From contig CAVZQR010000008.1 of the NCBI GenBank assembly GCA_963777445.1, positions 4,626 through 68,625 of the forward strand: a DNA stretch of 64,000 nt, read 5' to 3'. Of this stretch, positions 19,938 to 32,786 are shown piece by piece. Source of the DNA: Candidatus Dormiibacterota bacterium. Its GTDB lineage: Bacteria; Chloroflexota; Dormibacteria; Aeolococcales; Aeolococcaceae. A program made the position numbers and the translations under genes. The notes beneath the pieces are model-generated. The model was not told the origin of the DNA. It searched no databases and saw nothing but the letters and a program-made list of their open reading frames with translations. How positions within the stretch are numbered: position 1 is the stretch's first letter; the number at the start of each line of letters is the position of its first letter.

Positions 19938-20567
19938 TTCGTAAGTTGATGGTCGCGCTCGGCGATCAGGCCATGCACCCTGAGATCGACTCGCCGGACG
20001 GCGGAGCAGATCGGCGCGCCGGCGGAGGGCTCGGTCGCGAATACCCGGGCGGAAAGCAGCACCGGTCCCCAGACTGGACAGCGGTTCGACCGAGGCGCTC
20101 CTGGGTGGCCGGGTCGCTCGCCGAGACGGTCTTCACAGATCCACACCACCACCTGCAGACCCGACGGCAGCCAGGTGACCGAGGACGTGAGGTCGCGACC
20201 CCGGCGTGCCCCCGGTGAGCACGAGCGTGCAGACCCCTTGAGCGGCCATCGCCTGATCTGGCGCCGTTTGGCGGTCGTCGCCGAGCAGGCCGCCGGCGAT
20301 GATCAGTGCGTCGAGGTCGAGTTGATCAGCGTGATTTCACTCTCAATGACGCGGCGCAGGGCGACCTCGCCGAGTTCGCCGGTATCGAACGCCCAGAAGA
20401 GCCCGTCCACCAGCTCTCTGCGACACCGTCCACGTGATGCCTCCGTCTAGGAGGCGAATCGGGGGCGATCCTCACGTCTCAGGACTGGCTCAGGGAACGC
20501 GCGTCACTGCCGGTGAGAATGAGGACGCCGCCCACCATAAACCAAGTCGAAACCAAGGAGCACCAGG

Positions 20568-21143
20568 ATGTTCGGGAATCTTTTCACCAAGAGGGTCGCG
20601 ATCAGCGCAGCCTCATTTGCGGTGGTCGCCGTCGCCGGGATCGCCACCGTCTCCATCGTCCCCGCCCTGGCTGCCGGGGTGATGGGCGGCAACGCAACAA
20701 CGTTTGCGGCCACCCCGGCGCCGAGCACCGCCAAGACCGGCGCGGGTGCCAAAGGGGTGGCAGCCCGGCATATCGCGCTGGCGCTCTTCCGCGAATCGGT
20801 CAAGGAGACGGGTCTCAGCCGCACGACTGTCCTCAAGGACCTCCTCAACGGCGAGACGCTTGCTCAGATTGACGGGTCCAAGGCGCCGGCAGTGGAGAGC
20901 GCTGTGATGGCAAAGATCACCACCCGTCTGAACAAGGCCGTGACCAAGGGCAAGATCACCAAGGCGCAAGAGACTGCACTCGGCAGCGCCGCAACTGCGG
21001 GCATCAGCAAGCTGATGAACCTGAACCTGAGCACCTACATTCGAGTTCGCTTCGGCGGACTCGCGACTACTCCCTCCACGTCGACGCCGCCCTCGTCGAC
21101 CGGCTCCCCGGCTGCCGTCACCGGATCGAGCGCAGCGCTCTGA
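20568..21143 (+). CDS. hypothetical secreted Ala/Thr-rich protein
   Basis: An AAGGAG lies 7 nt upstream of the ATG. The protein has an N-terminal signal-peptide-like hydrophobic stretch and a low-complexity C-terminus. Confidence 0.55.
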   Translation: MFGNLFTKRVAISAASFAVVAVAGIATVSIVPALAAGVMGGNATTFAATPAPSTAKTGAGAKGVAARHIALALFRESVKETGLSRTTVLKDLLNGETLAQIDGSKAPAVESAVMAKITTRLNKAVTKGKITKAQETALGSAATAGISKLMNLNLSTYIRVRFGGLATTPSTSTPPSSTGSPAAVTGSSAAL

Positions 21144-21194
21144 TCCGTCCGGCGGTCCGGCAGTCTTCCCGGCCACCCCGGGTAGACTGCCTCG

Positions 21195-21671
21195 ATGCCC
21201 AAGAAATACACAGCCGCTGAGCAGGTCATCGATCCTGCCAAGCGCTACAACGCGACCATCGCGACCGACCGCGGCGACATCGTCGTCGCCCTCGACCCAG
21301 CGCGCGCCCCGAAGTCGGTCAACAACTTTGTGTTCCTCGCCCGAGACGGCTTTTATGACGGACTCACATTCCACCGCGTGGTTGACGATTTCGTCATACA
21401 GGGCGGCTGTCCCGAAGGCACCGGTCGCGGTGGGCCGGGCTACAAGTTCGAGGATGAGCCTGTCCAGGGTGAGTACGAGCCCGGGGCGGTCGCAATGGCA
21501 AACTCCGGCCCGAACACCAACGGCTCGCAGTTCTTCATCTGCACGGTCGACGACCGTCACAAGCTGACCAAGGCCTACAACCTGTTCGGCCAGGTCGTCA
21601 AAGGCATGGACGTGGTCGGCGCGATCCGCAAGGACGACGTGATGCGGTCGGTGACCATCGTCGAGGAGTGA
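21195..21671 (+). CDS. peptidyl-prolyl cis-trans isomerase (cyclophilin type)
   Basis: The ORF is 158 aa with the cyclophilin motifs FHRVVDDFVIQGG and MANSGPNTNGSQFFI. Confidence 0.9.
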   Translation: MPKKYTAAEQVIDPAKRYNATIATDRGDIVVALDPARAPKSVNNFVFLARDGFYDGLTFHRVVDDFVIQGGCPEGTGRGGPGYKFEDEPVQGEYEPGAVAMANSGPNTNGSQFFICTVDDRHKLTKAYNLFGQVVKGMDVVGAIRKDDVMRSVTIVEE

Positions 21672-22537
21672 TGGCAGACACAGGACTCCGGCTCATGGCG
21701 GTGCACGCGCACTGCGACGACGAGACGATCACCATGGGTGGCACGCTCGCCACCTACGCCGATCGCGGCGTCAAGACCTGTGTGGTCTGCTGCACCGACG
21801 GCAAGCTGGCGACCATCGTCGCGACGGACATGCCCGAGGAGACCACGCGTCCGCTCCTCCCCGAGATCCGCGAAGCGGAGTTGCGCGAGGCATGTCGAAT
21901 CCTCAAGGTGGACGAGGTGGAATTTCTCCGCTACGGCAACTCCGGGATGGCGGGCACACCCACCAACCAGTTGCCCGATGCGTTCTGGATGGCACCGATC
22001 GACGAGGTGACCGGAAGGCTGGTGGCGCTCATCCGGAGATTCCGCCCTCATGTTGTCGTCACTTATGACGGAAACGGCGGATACGGCCATCCCGATCACG
22101 TCCAGACCCACCGCGCGACCGTGCTTGCTGTTGAGGCCGCTCGTCTTCGTCCGATGTACAAGCAAGCGGGCGATCCGTGGCGCGTTGAGAAGCTGTACTA
22201 CACGGCGTTTCCAAGAGCCGAGTTCGAGCGCATCGTGGAAGCGGCAAAGCAGGCCGGCATCGACCCGCCGTTCGGGGAGACCAACCCGGACGAGATGGAA
22301 TTCCTCACGCCCGACGCTGACGTCACAACGACCGTCGACTGCGTCAACGTCATCGGACTCAAGCGGGATGCGCTGCGCGCCCACCACAGTCAGATCGCTG
22401 AGGACTGGCCCCAGCTCACCATGCCTGACGAAGTTCTCAAGCAGTTTGCCGATGAGTTCTTCCAGCTCGTCATTTCGCGGAAGCCCGCGGTGCTCCCGGA
22501 GACGGACCTGTTCGCGGGGATTACTCCGCAAGACTAG
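21671..22537 (+). CDS. PIG-L/LmbE-family deacetylase, mycothiol-conjugate amidase (Mca)/MshB-like
   Basis: The ORF has AVHAHCDDE and VTYDGNGGYGHPDHVQTH motifs and a C-terminal ...PETDLFAGI, close to the Mca/MshB architecture. Its start overlaps the stop of the PPIase gene. Confidence 0.75.
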   Translation: MADTGLRLMAVHAHCDDETITMGGTLATYADRGVKTCVVCCTDGKLATIVATDMPEETTRPLLPEIREAELREACRILKVDEVEFLRYGNSGMAGTPTNQLPDAFWMAPIDEVTGRLVALIRRFRPHVVVTYDGNGGYGHPDHVQTHRATVLAVEAARLRPMYKQAGDPWRVEKLYYTAFPRAEFERIVEAAKQAGIDPPFGETNPDEMEFLTPDADVTTTVDCVNVIGLKRDALRAHHSQIAEDWPQLTMPDEVLKQFADEFFQLVISRKPAVLPETDLFAGITPQD

Positions 22538-22636
22538 GCGCAGCCTGATCCGTAACGGTCGCCACGACAGACTTCTGCATAGCGCATCCGAAGGGCCTCT
22601 CGCTCGACCTATTCCAATGGCCTCGAAACGCGCCGG

Positions 22637-23809
22637 CTAAGTGCGCTCCAGCACCATCGCGATGCCCTGACCGCCGCCGATGCACAGCGCTGCAACGCCG
22701 AGGTGCGAGTCGCGTTTGGCCATCTCGTAGAGGAGCGTGACCAGGATTCGGGTGCCACTGGCACCGATGGGGTGGCCGATCGCGATGGCCCCGCCGTTGA
22801 CGTTGAGCCGGTCCGCGGGGACCGCAAGCTCGCGGCTGACCGCGACGGCTTGGGAAGCGAACGCCTCGTTGAGCTCGAAGAGATCGATGTCGCGGAGCTC
22901 GACACCCGCCTTCTGGAGGGCGGCGCGCACTGCGGGAACGGGGCCCATGCCCATGATCCGAGGGGCGACGCCGGCACTCGAGTAGCCGCGAATCCGGGCC
23001 AGGGGAACGCGATTCTCCGCCTTGGCGCGCGACGCGCTCATCACCACCACCGCGGCTGCGCCGTCGTTGATGCCGCTCGCGTTTCCGGCGGTGACGGTGC
23101 CGTCCTTTGCGAAGGCGGCCCTCAGAGCGGAGAGCGTCTCGGCGGTCGTGCCGGCTCGCGGGTGCTCGTCGGTGTCAACCAGAACCGTTTCCTTCTTGCG
23201 CTGCACGGGAACCGGCACGATCTCGTCCTTGAAGCGCCCCGACTTGATTGCGGCTTCGGCCTTCTGCTGAGACCCGGCTGCGAACAGGTCCTGGTCCTCG
23301 CGGCTGACCTCGAATTCGCGCGCGATGTTCTCAGCGGTGCTGCCCATGTGGCAATCATCGAATGCGCACCAGAGACCGTCGCGAATCATGACGTCGACGA
23401 GCTGACCGTGGCCGAGGCGATAGCCGTAGCGGCCGTTCTCCATCAGGTACGGCGCGCGCGTCATGTTCTCCATGCCGCCTGCGACGATGCATTCCGCGTC
23501 TCCGGCACGGATCGCCTGAGCAGCCAGCGCCACGGTCTTGATACCGCTGCCGCAGACCTTGTTGATGGTCGTCGACGGAACGCTGTCGGCAAGGCCGGCG
23601 CCCATCGCCGACTGGCGCGCGGGGTTCTGCCCGAGCCCCGCCTGGAGCACGTTGCCCATGATCACCTCGTCGACAGAGTCGATACCGGCGCGACGCAGCG
23701 CCTCCTCGACCGCGATCGAACCCAGTCTGGTGGCCGGCACGTCGGTGTACGCCCCACCAAAGGTCCCGACCGGCGTCCGTACAGCGCTGACGATGACCGC
23801 GTCTTCCAT
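22637..23809 (-). CDS. acetyl-CoA C-acetyltransferase (thiolase)
   Basis: The reading starts [19 protein letters not shown] and has the active-site regions NKVCGSG and GGGQGIAMV. The upstream track extension overlaps the kinase gene and was discarded. Confidence 0.9.
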   Translation of the reverse strand: MEDAVIVSAVRTPVGTFGGAYTDVPATRLGSIAVEEALRRAGIDSVDEVIMGNVLQAGLGQNPARQSAMGAGLADSVPSTTINKVCGSGIKTVALAAQAIRAGDAECIVAGGMENMTRAPYLMENGRYGYRLGHGQLVDVMIRDGLWCAFDDCHMGSTAENIAREFEVSREDQDLFAAGSQQKAEAAIKSGRFKDEIVPVPVQRKKETVLVDTDEHPRAGTTAETLSALRAAFAKDGTVTAGNASGINDGAAAVVVMSASRAKAENRVPLARIRGYSSAGVAPRIMGMGPVPAVRAALQKAGVELRDIDLFELNEAFASQAVAVSRELAVPADRLNVNGGAIAIGHPIGASGTRILVTLLYEMAKRDSHLGVAALCIGGGQGIAMVLERT

Positions 23810-23819
23810 GCCACCCACT

Positions 23820-24779
23820 CTACGCCCAGTGGTCTGACCGCAGTTCGAGGCTGACGCCGAACGACGCCGCATAGCGCTCGCGGAATGATGCGGCGTCGAA
23901 GCGGTGTCGCTGGGGTCCGTGCTGCTCCACCACATACGCACCTGCGAGGGCACCGATGCGCCCGGCGACGGCCGGCGACGCGCCGGACCGGAAACCCGCC
24001 ACCACCCCGGCGATGTAGGCATCACCTGCGCCGGTCGGATCGACCGCGTCGGCTACCGCCGCCACCGGGATCACTGAAACACCGTCGGGAGTATGCAACT
24101 CGCTTCCGGCGGCCCCCCGGGTCACCGCGACCATGCGCGAGCGGCTCAACTCCTCGATGGAGACGCCGGTGCGTTCTCGGATCATCTCGAACTCGTAGTC
24201 GTTGCCGCCCACGAGCCAGGACTCTTCGAGACCGCGGCGCAACACCTCGTCGGGCATCGCCGGTACCTGCTGCGCCGGCACGAATACCAGCCGGGCGCCG
24301 AGTGCTCGCGCCTGCGCTACGTGCAGCGCCATCGCCCCGGCGTCATCCGCGCCGACCACGACCTCCGAGACGTCGGTGAGAGCACTCAGGTCGACGCCGG
24401 CGGCGCGCGCCATCGCACCGGGGTGGAATGCCGTGATCTGGTTGCCGTCTCTGTCGGTCGTGATGAACGCGGTCGCCGTGCTCACGTCGTGGCAGGTCAG
24501 AACACCGGAGGTGTCCACACCCTCGGCTTCGAGCGCCGCGGCATAGTCGACGAAGTCGTCACCGCCGACCGCTGCGCAGAGGATCGGCCGCTCACCGAGC
24601 AGCGCCAGCGTGAAGGCGATGTTCGACGCGGTACCGCCGCGGCGCTTTTCGAGGCGGTCGACGAGAAACGCGACATTGAGCTCGTTGGTCTTGTCGGGCA
24701 GGATGTAGTCGCCGAACCGGCCTCCGAACTCCATGATGGTGTCGAACGCGACGGACCCGGTGACAGCGATTCGTCCCAC
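23820..24779 (-). CDS. PfkB-family carbohydrate/nucleoside kinase (adenosine kinase-like)
   Basis: The N-terminal [10 protein letters not shown] and the C-terminal [12 protein letters not shown] anion-hole/ATP motif are present. A GTG start is chosen to clear the divergent neighbouring gene. Confidence 0.75.
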   Translation of the reverse strand: MGRIAVTGSVAFDTIMEFGGRFGDYILPDKTNELNVAFLVDRLEKRRGGTASNIAFTLALLGERPILCAAVGGDDFVDYAAALEAEGVDTSGVLTCHDVSTATAFITTDRDGNQITAFHPGAMARAAGVDLSALTDVSEVVVGADDAGAMALHVAQARALGARLVFVPAQQVPAMPDEVLRRGLEESWLVGGNDYEFEMIRERTGVSIEELSRSRMVAVTRGAAGSELHTPDGVSVIPVAAVADAVDPTGAGDAYIAGVVAGFRSGASPAVAGRIGALAGAYVVEQHGPQRHRFDAASFRERYAASFGVSLELRSDHWA

Positions 24780-24814
24780 AGCCGGGGCAGGATAGCCAGC
24801 CCGATGTCCCCGCC

Positions 24815-26576
24815 GTGCGGAGAGCGGCGACAATGGGGCCGATGGTGCTGCACGAGCTGGGACGCGGGCCCGCCCTGCAGGCTCCCCTCTCGGGCCTGTC
24901 CCGAGGAGAGCCGGGCGCTGAGGAGACCGCTCTCGTTGACGCCGTCGAGGTCTACCACCGGACCTACACGACCATCCTGCGGAGCAGTGGCGAGACCCAG
25001 CTTCGGGTATTCGAGCACTCGCACAAGGCGATGGGCTCGAGCCTGCATGGGCTGGCCGGATCGCTGGAGCTCGACCTCGGAGCCCTGCTCTACGCGATCA
25101 GGCGGCTGCCGGAAGCGGTTTTGCGCGCGCGCCTGGTGGTGATGGGCCAGTCCGCCGAGGTGTTCGCCCAGCGCGGGTTCCGCCCCTTCACCGAGTGGAC
25201 CGAGGTCAGCGCCCCGGGGCGGCGCCGCCGCTGGTACGACGACGGGGAAGGGACCCTCGCCGTCCTGATCGCCAGCGCGTCGGACGTCGACGACCTGGTG
25301 CCGACCATGGTCGCGCTCCAGATCGAGGTGAACAAGCTCGGGGTAGCGCTTCGAGGCGCGGGGATCGAGCGGATCGAGGATTCGACCCCGGGAGAGCTCG
25401 CCACCGCGTGCGGTGGTCGCGAAGACGACTGGCTGCAGATCTACGAGATCTGGGGCGCCGCCTTCGGTGCCAGGCTCGCGCAGATCGCCGAGCACGGCAT
25501 GGCGCTGCGCGTTCGCATGCTCGGCGGCACCCAGGTCGGGTATGCACGGGTGACCCGCCGCTGGTGGCAGCAGGTGACCGGCCTGATGCGCTCCGAGTCG
25601 CTCCTGGACCGGCCGGTGTACTTCGTCAGCAGCAATTCCCACGCGATCGCCAACCTGCTGACCGGGGTGGCGCCGCGCCACGCCGACGAGCTCGCGGCTG
25701 CCGTCGATCGAGATGGTGGGGGCGAGCTGCGCGATGAACTCCACCGGTTCCGGGACGGCACCGCGGAAGGCCACTGGAACAACTTCCTGTACTACGCGGC
25801 GAGAGAGCGCCTCCGGCTCCTGCCCGACTCGGCACGAGCGGCGCTGCGCCGCGAGGAGCGCGAGGCGGGCTCCCTGGGCGTCACGAGCCGGACCGCGCTG
25901 GACGTCGCCGCGCAGGTCATTCCGCTCGACCGGGTCAACCCCGCGCACTGCGACGAGCGAGTGCTGCCCATCGACGCCGTCACACTCGCCGCGAGCAGGG
26001 CGGTGATCGTCAACATCGATTACCCCCTCGGCCTCGCCGCGTACAACATCCTTCGCGAGGTCGCCGAGACCGTCGACCTCCGCGGCGTGTACATCCTCGG
26101 CAAGGCCGCCACGCTCAACGCCGACGTCGGCGATGTGATGATCAGCAGTGTCGTCCACGACGAGCACAGCCGGTCGACCTACTGGCTGGACAACGCGTTC
26201 TCTGTCTCGGACATCGCCCCGTACCTGCGCTTCGGCAGCGGGCTCGACAACCAGCGCGCGGTCAGCGTCAAGGGGACCTTCCTGCAGAACCGCGGCTACC
26301 TCGACTTCTACTACCGCGAGGCGTTCACCGTGGTCGAGATGGAGGCTGGTCCATACTGCAACGCCGTGTACGAGATGACCCAACCCGTGCGGTATCCGAC
26401 CAGCGAGCCGGTGAGCTTCTCCAAGCTGCCCATCGATTTCGGCGTCATCCACTACGCATCCGACACCCCGTACACGCAGGCTCGCACGCTCGGCGCTCGC
26501 GGTCTCTCGTATTACGGCATGGACTCGACGTACGCATCGTCGGTCGCCATCGTGCGGCGCATCGTCGCCCGCGAGG

Positions 26577-26593
<17 letters not shown>
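24815..26593 (+). CDS. uncharacterised 592-aa protein with C-terminal nucleoside phosphorylase / MTA-nucleosidase-like domain
   Basis: The C-terminal 220 aa resemble the PNP_UDP_1 fold (VIVNIDYPLGLAAY...GVYILGKAATLNADVGDVMISSVVHDE...FTVVEMEAGPY). The N-terminal domain of about 370 aa has no recognisable motif. Confidence 0.55.
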
Positions 26594-28228
<1,635 letters not shown>

Positions 28229-28232
<4 letters not shown>

Positions 28233-29149
28233 GCGCCGCGGTCGCGCGCTCGCGCGCTCCCTCCCCGGGGTGGGCGCTGGTCGCCGCCACCGTCGCGGTC
28301 TCCTTCTCGGCGATCCTCATCAAGGCGGCCGGCGATGATGCGGCCACGATCGTCTGGCTCCGCATGGGCATGGCGGCGGTGCTCCTGGCGCCGTGGGTCG
28401 TCCGCGACGCTCGGCGCGGGGCGCTGCCGCAAGGCCTGACCCAGATCGGCCTCGTGCTGGTGAGCGGTGTCTTCCTGGCGGGTCACTTTCTCCTCTGGAC
28501 CGCGTCCCTCCGGTACACCTCGATCGCGGCCAGCGTCCTCCTCGTGTCGCTCCACCCACTGATCGTCACCCCCCTCGGGAAACGCCTGTTGGGAGAAGGG
28601 CTTTCCCGCCGGATGCTGGCCGGCGGCGGGCTCGCCGTCGTGGGCACGTTGGTGACCTGCGCCGGCGATCTCAGGGTCGACAGCAGCGCGTTCGGCGGCG
28701 ACCTGCTCGCGCTGGCAGGGGGCCTCTGTCTGGCGGGTTACCTGCTCATCGGACGGTCCGTCCGTGCAAATCTCGGTGTCGCCGGGTACTCCGCAATCGT
28801 CTATGCGGTGGTGTGCATCATCGCGGCGCTGACGGCCGCGGCCGGCGGGGTCGCGCACCTCCCGTCGCCCAGGGTTGCGCTCGCGTGCCTTGGTCTGGCG
28901 GTGGTCTGCACCATCGGCGGGCACACCGTGTACAACTGGGCACTTCGTCATGTCCCAGTGCTGCTCGTCTCGATCTCGTTCCTCGGAGAGCCGCCGCTCA
29001 CCGCGCTGCTTGCGCTGCTCATCCTCGCGTCCGTCCCATCCCTCGCGACGGTGCTGGGCGGGGTGCTGATCCTCGCAGGGCTCGCGCTCGCGCTGATCGA
29101 GCGTGGGTCGGGACCGGGACGTCCAGCCGATCTGGCGATCGCACAATGA
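28229..29149 (+). CDS. EamA/DMT-family transporter
   Basis: The protein is polytopic with about 10 TM helices and two EamA-like repeats. A GTG start overlaps the ABC-F stop in a GTGA arrangement. Confidence 0.75.
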
Positions 29150-30120
29150 CCGCAGTCACCGCCTGCGGCCACCCCGTCGACGAGGCGGAGAAACTCTTCG
29201 ACGCCAACGACCCATCGACGGGAGACGCTTTCACGATCGTCCGCTGCCGCCGGTGCGACCTTGCGCGGACGGCTCCGGCGCCGACCGAAGAGGAGCTCGA
29301 CGGCTACTACCCCCAGGGCTACCACAGCACCACCAAGCGGTACCGCGGGGGGATGGACCGAATCCTCTCGATGGTCCATCGCAGCCGGATCCGGACACTC
29401 GAGCGGCTCCTCGGGGGCACCGGGAGCGCGCTGGACATCGGGTGCGGGCCGGCGGTGCTCATCAATCAGATGCGCTCACGGGGCTGGAAGGTGCGGGGGA
29501 CGGAGCGATCGCCGTCCGCTGCGAAGCAGGCGCGCGACGTGTTTCACCTCGACGTGAGCGCCGTGGATGTCGAGGAGTTGGTGGCGGCCGGAGCCAGCTA
29601 CGACGCCGTGATCCTCTGGCACGTCGCCGAGCACCTCCACACGCCCGAGGTGACCGTGCGCGCCATCGCCAGCCTCCTCCGTCCGGGCGGGGTGCTGCTC
29701 GTCGCGGTGCCGAATTTCGGGTCGCCCGAGGCGAGGATCGGACGAGCCGGATGGTTCCACCTCGACGTTCCGAGGCACCTGGTGCACTTCACTCCTGCCA
29801 CCCTCACCGCGATCCTCGATGCGACGGGATTCCGTCCCGTCAAGATCACCCACCTGGCCCCGGAATACGATCTCTTCAGCTTCGTGCAGACGGCGGAGAA
29901 CCGCCTCGGATTGCCCGCGAACCTCCTCTACGACGTCTTGCGCCGACCCGAAGCGCGCCTGCGCCGCAACCAGAACGGTCGCCTGCTGGCCGGCGTGGCA
30001 GTCGGGCTGGCCGTGCCCCTGAGCGTGGCCGCGGCCGTGATCGCGCCTCTCGCCGCGGCCGCGCGGCGGAGTGCGACGATCGCCGTCTATGCGGTGCGGC
30101 TACCGGTTCAGCGGGAGTAG
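29146..30120 (+). CDS. class I SAM-dependent methyltransferase with N-terminal Cys-rich segment
   Basis: The ORF has LDIGCGPAVL (motif I) and DAVILWHVAEHL. Its ATG overlaps the EamA stop in an ATGA arrangement. The 575-aa track ORF is a chimera of an alternate frame of EamA plus this gene. Confidence 0.75.
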   Translation: MTAVTACGHPVDEAEKLFDANDPSTGDAFTIVRCRRCDLARTAPAPTEEELDGYYPQGYHSTTKRYRGGMDRILSMVHRSRIRTLERLLGGTGSALDIGCGPAVLINQMRSRGWKVRGTERSPSAAKQARDVFHLDVSAVDVEELVAAGASYDAVILWHVAEHLHTPEVTVRAIASLLRPGGVLLVAVPNFGSPEARIGRAGWFHLDVPRHLVHFTPATLTAILDATGFRPVKITHLAPEYDLFSFVQTAENRLGLPANLLYDVLRRPEARLRRNQNGRLLAGVAVGLAVPLSVAAAVIAPLAAAARRSATIAVYAVRLPVQRE

Positions 30121-30836
30121 CGGCGCGAGCGCAGACCGAGACGGTGGAGCACGTAGCGGTTCACGGTCCAGACCGTCTTGAGCCCGTAGATCAGCGAAAC
30201 CCGGAAATTCACCGATGACGCGTCGTCGAAATACTTGGTCGTCACCGGAACCTCGGCAACCTTGAATTTGAACGATGCGGCCTGCGTGAGGATCTGGGTG
30301 TCGAAGACGAAATCGTTCGAGTTGCGCAGAAATGGCACCGTGGTGAGGAACTTGCGGCTGTACGCGCGGTAGCCGGTGTGGTACTCGGTCAGGCCAAGCC
30401 CGAGCACCTGATTCTCGTAGCCGGTGAGGAAACGGTTGGCGAGACGCTTCCACCACGGCATGCCACCGGCGCGGGCGCCGCCGGGGGTGTAGAAACGCGA
30501 GCCGAGCACGACATCGGCCCGTCCACTCCGGATCACCTCGACCATGTCGTCGAGGATGGCGGGGTCGTACTGGCCGTCGGGGTGGAGCATGACGATGACA
30601 TCCGCGCCATCGCGGAGCGCCTCGATGTAGCAGGTCTTCTGATTGGCACCGTAGCCCGCGTTGTGAGGATGCGAAATCACAACCAGGTCGAGCGACACCG
30701 CGAGCGCGGCGGTCCCATCGCGGCTGCCGTCGTCGACGAGGATGATCGTGTCCACGACACCGGGGGGAATGCCCGCGAGTGTCGTCTCGAGAGTCTTGGC
30801 AGCGTTGTACGCGGGCATCACGACGACGGTTTTCAA
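30108..30836 (-). CDS. glycosyltransferase family 2, polyprenyl-phosphate sugar transferase (Dpm1/GtrB-like)
   Basis: The ORF reads VVVMPAYNAAKTLE...ILVDDGSRDGT...DVIVMLHPDGQYDP. It is convergent with, and overlaps by 13 nt, the methyltransferase gene. Confidence 0.75.
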   Translation of the reverse strand: MKTVVVMPAYNAAKTLETTLAGIPPGVVDTIILVDDGSRDGTAALAVSLDLVVISHPHNAGYGANQKTCYIEALRDGADVIVMLHPDGQYDPAILDDMVEVIRSGRADVVLGSRFYTPGGARAGGMPWWKRLANRFLTGYENQVLGLGLTEYHTGYRAYSRKFLTTVPFLRNSNDFVFDTQILTQAASFKFKVAEVPVTTKYFDDASSVNFRVSLIYGLKTVWTVNRYVLHRLGLRSRRYSR

Positions 30837-30998
30837 CGACTCAATCGCACCCCGGCCATTCGTGACACCTGAGGGTTTCTTCGCTGCCGTCTCGGGCAAG
30901 TGGATCCATCCCATTGGGCCAGGACCAACGCGTGTTGGCGCGTCTGACCTCTTTCGGCATTCGATAATAGCGCATCGATGCCACCCCTCCGGCGAGGC

Positions 30999-32006
30999 TC
31001 AGTCGACCTGCATGGGCCTGTAGTTGCGCTGGTAGAACTCCCAGAACTCGCCGGACTTGAGCGGTCGCCACCAATCCTCGTTCTCCACGAACCATGCGAC
31101 GGTGCGTTCCATGCCGGCGTCGAATGTCGTAGTCGGACGCCATCCCAATCCGGACAGGCGAGTTGAGTCGAGTGCATAGCGACGATCGTGACCGAGACGG
31201 TCGCGGACGAACTGCTTGAGCGAGCTGGGTTTTCCGAGCAGTCGTAGCACGGTGTCGGCGACACTGATGCCGCTTGTCTCACCACCAGCGCCGATGTTGT
31301 AGTCCATCCCCACCTCGCCCTTGCGGAGGGCGAAGTCGATGCCGCGGGCATGGTCCTCAACGAAGAGGTAGTCACGAACCGCCCCTCCGTCCCCGTAGAT
31401 CGGCAGCGGGCGGTCGTCGATCGCGTTGGTGATGAACAGCGGGATGATCTTTTCGGGATACTGGAAGGGACCGTACGTGTTGGAGCCTCGAGTCACGATC
31501 GCCGGGAATCCGTAGGACGCTCGATACGCCTGGATCTGGAGCTCGCCACCCGCCTTGCTCGCGCTGTACGGGCTTCGCGGTTGCAACGGGTCGCCCTCGC
31601 AACGGAGCCCGCTGATGACCTCGCCGTACACCTCGTCGGTACTGACGTGCAGGAAGCGCTCGTGCCCGTTGGCGCGCGCGGCATCCATGAGAACGAAGGT
31701 GCCGAACACATCGGTGAGGATGAACTGGCCAGGCGCTTCGAGCGAGCGGTCGACATGCGACTCGGCAGCGAAGTTCACGATGACGTCGACATCGCCGGCC
31801 AACTCGCTCATCAACGCCGCATCGCAGATGTCACCGTGAACGAAGCGAAATCGCGGGTCGGAGCTAACACTGTCGAGGTTGCGTTCGTTGCCGGCATACG
31901 TGAGCTTGTCGAGCACGACCACAGAGTTGTTCGCGTACTCGCGAAGCGTCATGCGAACGAACTCGCTCCCGATGAAGCCCGCTCCACCAGTGACCAACAG
32001 GCGCAC
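30999..32006 (-). CDS. rmlB: dTDP-glucose 4,6-dehydratase
   Basis: The ORF reads LLVTGGAGFIGS...YSASKAGGE with the NAD Rossmann fold and the YxxxK catalytic dyad. A GTG start lies 1 nt after the rmlC stop. Confidence 0.85.
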   Translation of the reverse strand: MRLLVTGGAGFIGSEFVRMTLREYANNSVVVLDKLTYAGNERNLDSVSSDPRFRFVHGDICDAALMSELAGDVDVIVNFAAESHVDRSLEAPGQFILTDVFGTFVLMDAARANGHERFLHVSTDEVYGEVISGLRCEGDPLQPRSPYSASKAGGELQIQAYRASYGFPAIVTRGSNTYGPFQYPEKIIPLFITNAIDDRPLPIYGDGGAVRDYLFVEDHARGIDFALRKGEVGMDYNIGAGGETSGISVADTVLRLLGKPSSLKQFVRDRLGHDRRYALDSTRLSGLGWRPTTTFDAGMERTVAWFVENEDWWRPLKSGEFWEFYQRNYRPMQVD

Positions 32007-32007
32007 G

Positions 32008-32586
32008 TCAGATGTTCTCGATCGTCCAGTCGAAGCCGATGCGAGGATCGTCCCAGGCGATCCGGCCCTCGTCGGGATCATCCGGACTATATGGCGCGGT
32101 AACGTAGTAGTTGAGGATCACGTCACGCTGGGAGACGCACTGGTAGCCGTGCGCGACCAGCGGTGGGATGGCCACCATCCGCGGCGCGTTCTCACCGAGC
32201 ATCAGTGACTGGACGCGCCCGGCAGTTGGCGAGTCGTGGCGGACATCGACCAGCACCACGCGCGCGTCGCCCTGGACGATGTCCCAGTAGTCCCACTGGC
32301 GCTTGTGCCAGTGGAAGGCCTTGATCAGCTCAGGAGGGTTGCCGCCGCGGGCATAGGCGAGGCTTCGGGACATCTGAGCGAACTTCTGGTCCGGCAGGAA
32401 GGGACGGCCCTCGTCGTCGATGTCGCCCCGCTTGAGCTGCTCGATGAAGTAGCCGCGCTCGTCAGGCCACTTCTTGAAGGTCTTGACCATGACGCCGTCG
32501 ATCCGTCCGAGTCGCTCGGCAAGCGGGCGCGAGGCCATCGTGTTCAGCACGCCTTCCATCTCGGGGAGCAAAGCCATCCAAGCCAC
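32008..32586 (-). CDS. rmlC: dTDP-4-dehydrorhamnose 3,5-epimerase
   Basis: The ORF has a cupin fold and RmlC motifs (DERGYF ... HGYQ). Confidence 0.8.
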   Translation of the reverse strand: MAWMALLPEMEGVLNTMASRPLAERLGRIDGVMVKTFKKWPDERGYFIEQLKRGDIDDEGRPFLPDQKFAQMSRSLAYARGGNPPELIKAFHWHKRQWDYWDIVQGDARVVLVDVRHDSPTAGRVQSLMLGENAPRMVAIPPLVAHGYQCVSQRDVILNYYVTAPYSPDDPDEGRIAWDDPRIGFDWTIENI

Positions 32587-32786
32587 AGCTACTGGAACCA
32601 GCCCTCTAGGTCGATGATCGCATTGACACTACCGGCATCGTGTATAGGTAGACCTCGCCGTTGTGCAGGTCATCATTCATTGTGCCGACCTCGACCGCGG
32701 CCAGGTCGGGTGGGACCGCTCCGACGCGGAGGTTGAGATCCGAGCCGGCCGGCGAGCTGGACGGGTACGCCGGCTAGACCCAGCGA

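Noticed and set aside
28393-29145. The 5' 250 codons of the 575-aa ORF at 28393..30120.
   Set aside because: This part is an alternate frame of the EamA transporter gene. Only the last 324 codons, from the ATG at 29146, match a methyltransferase.
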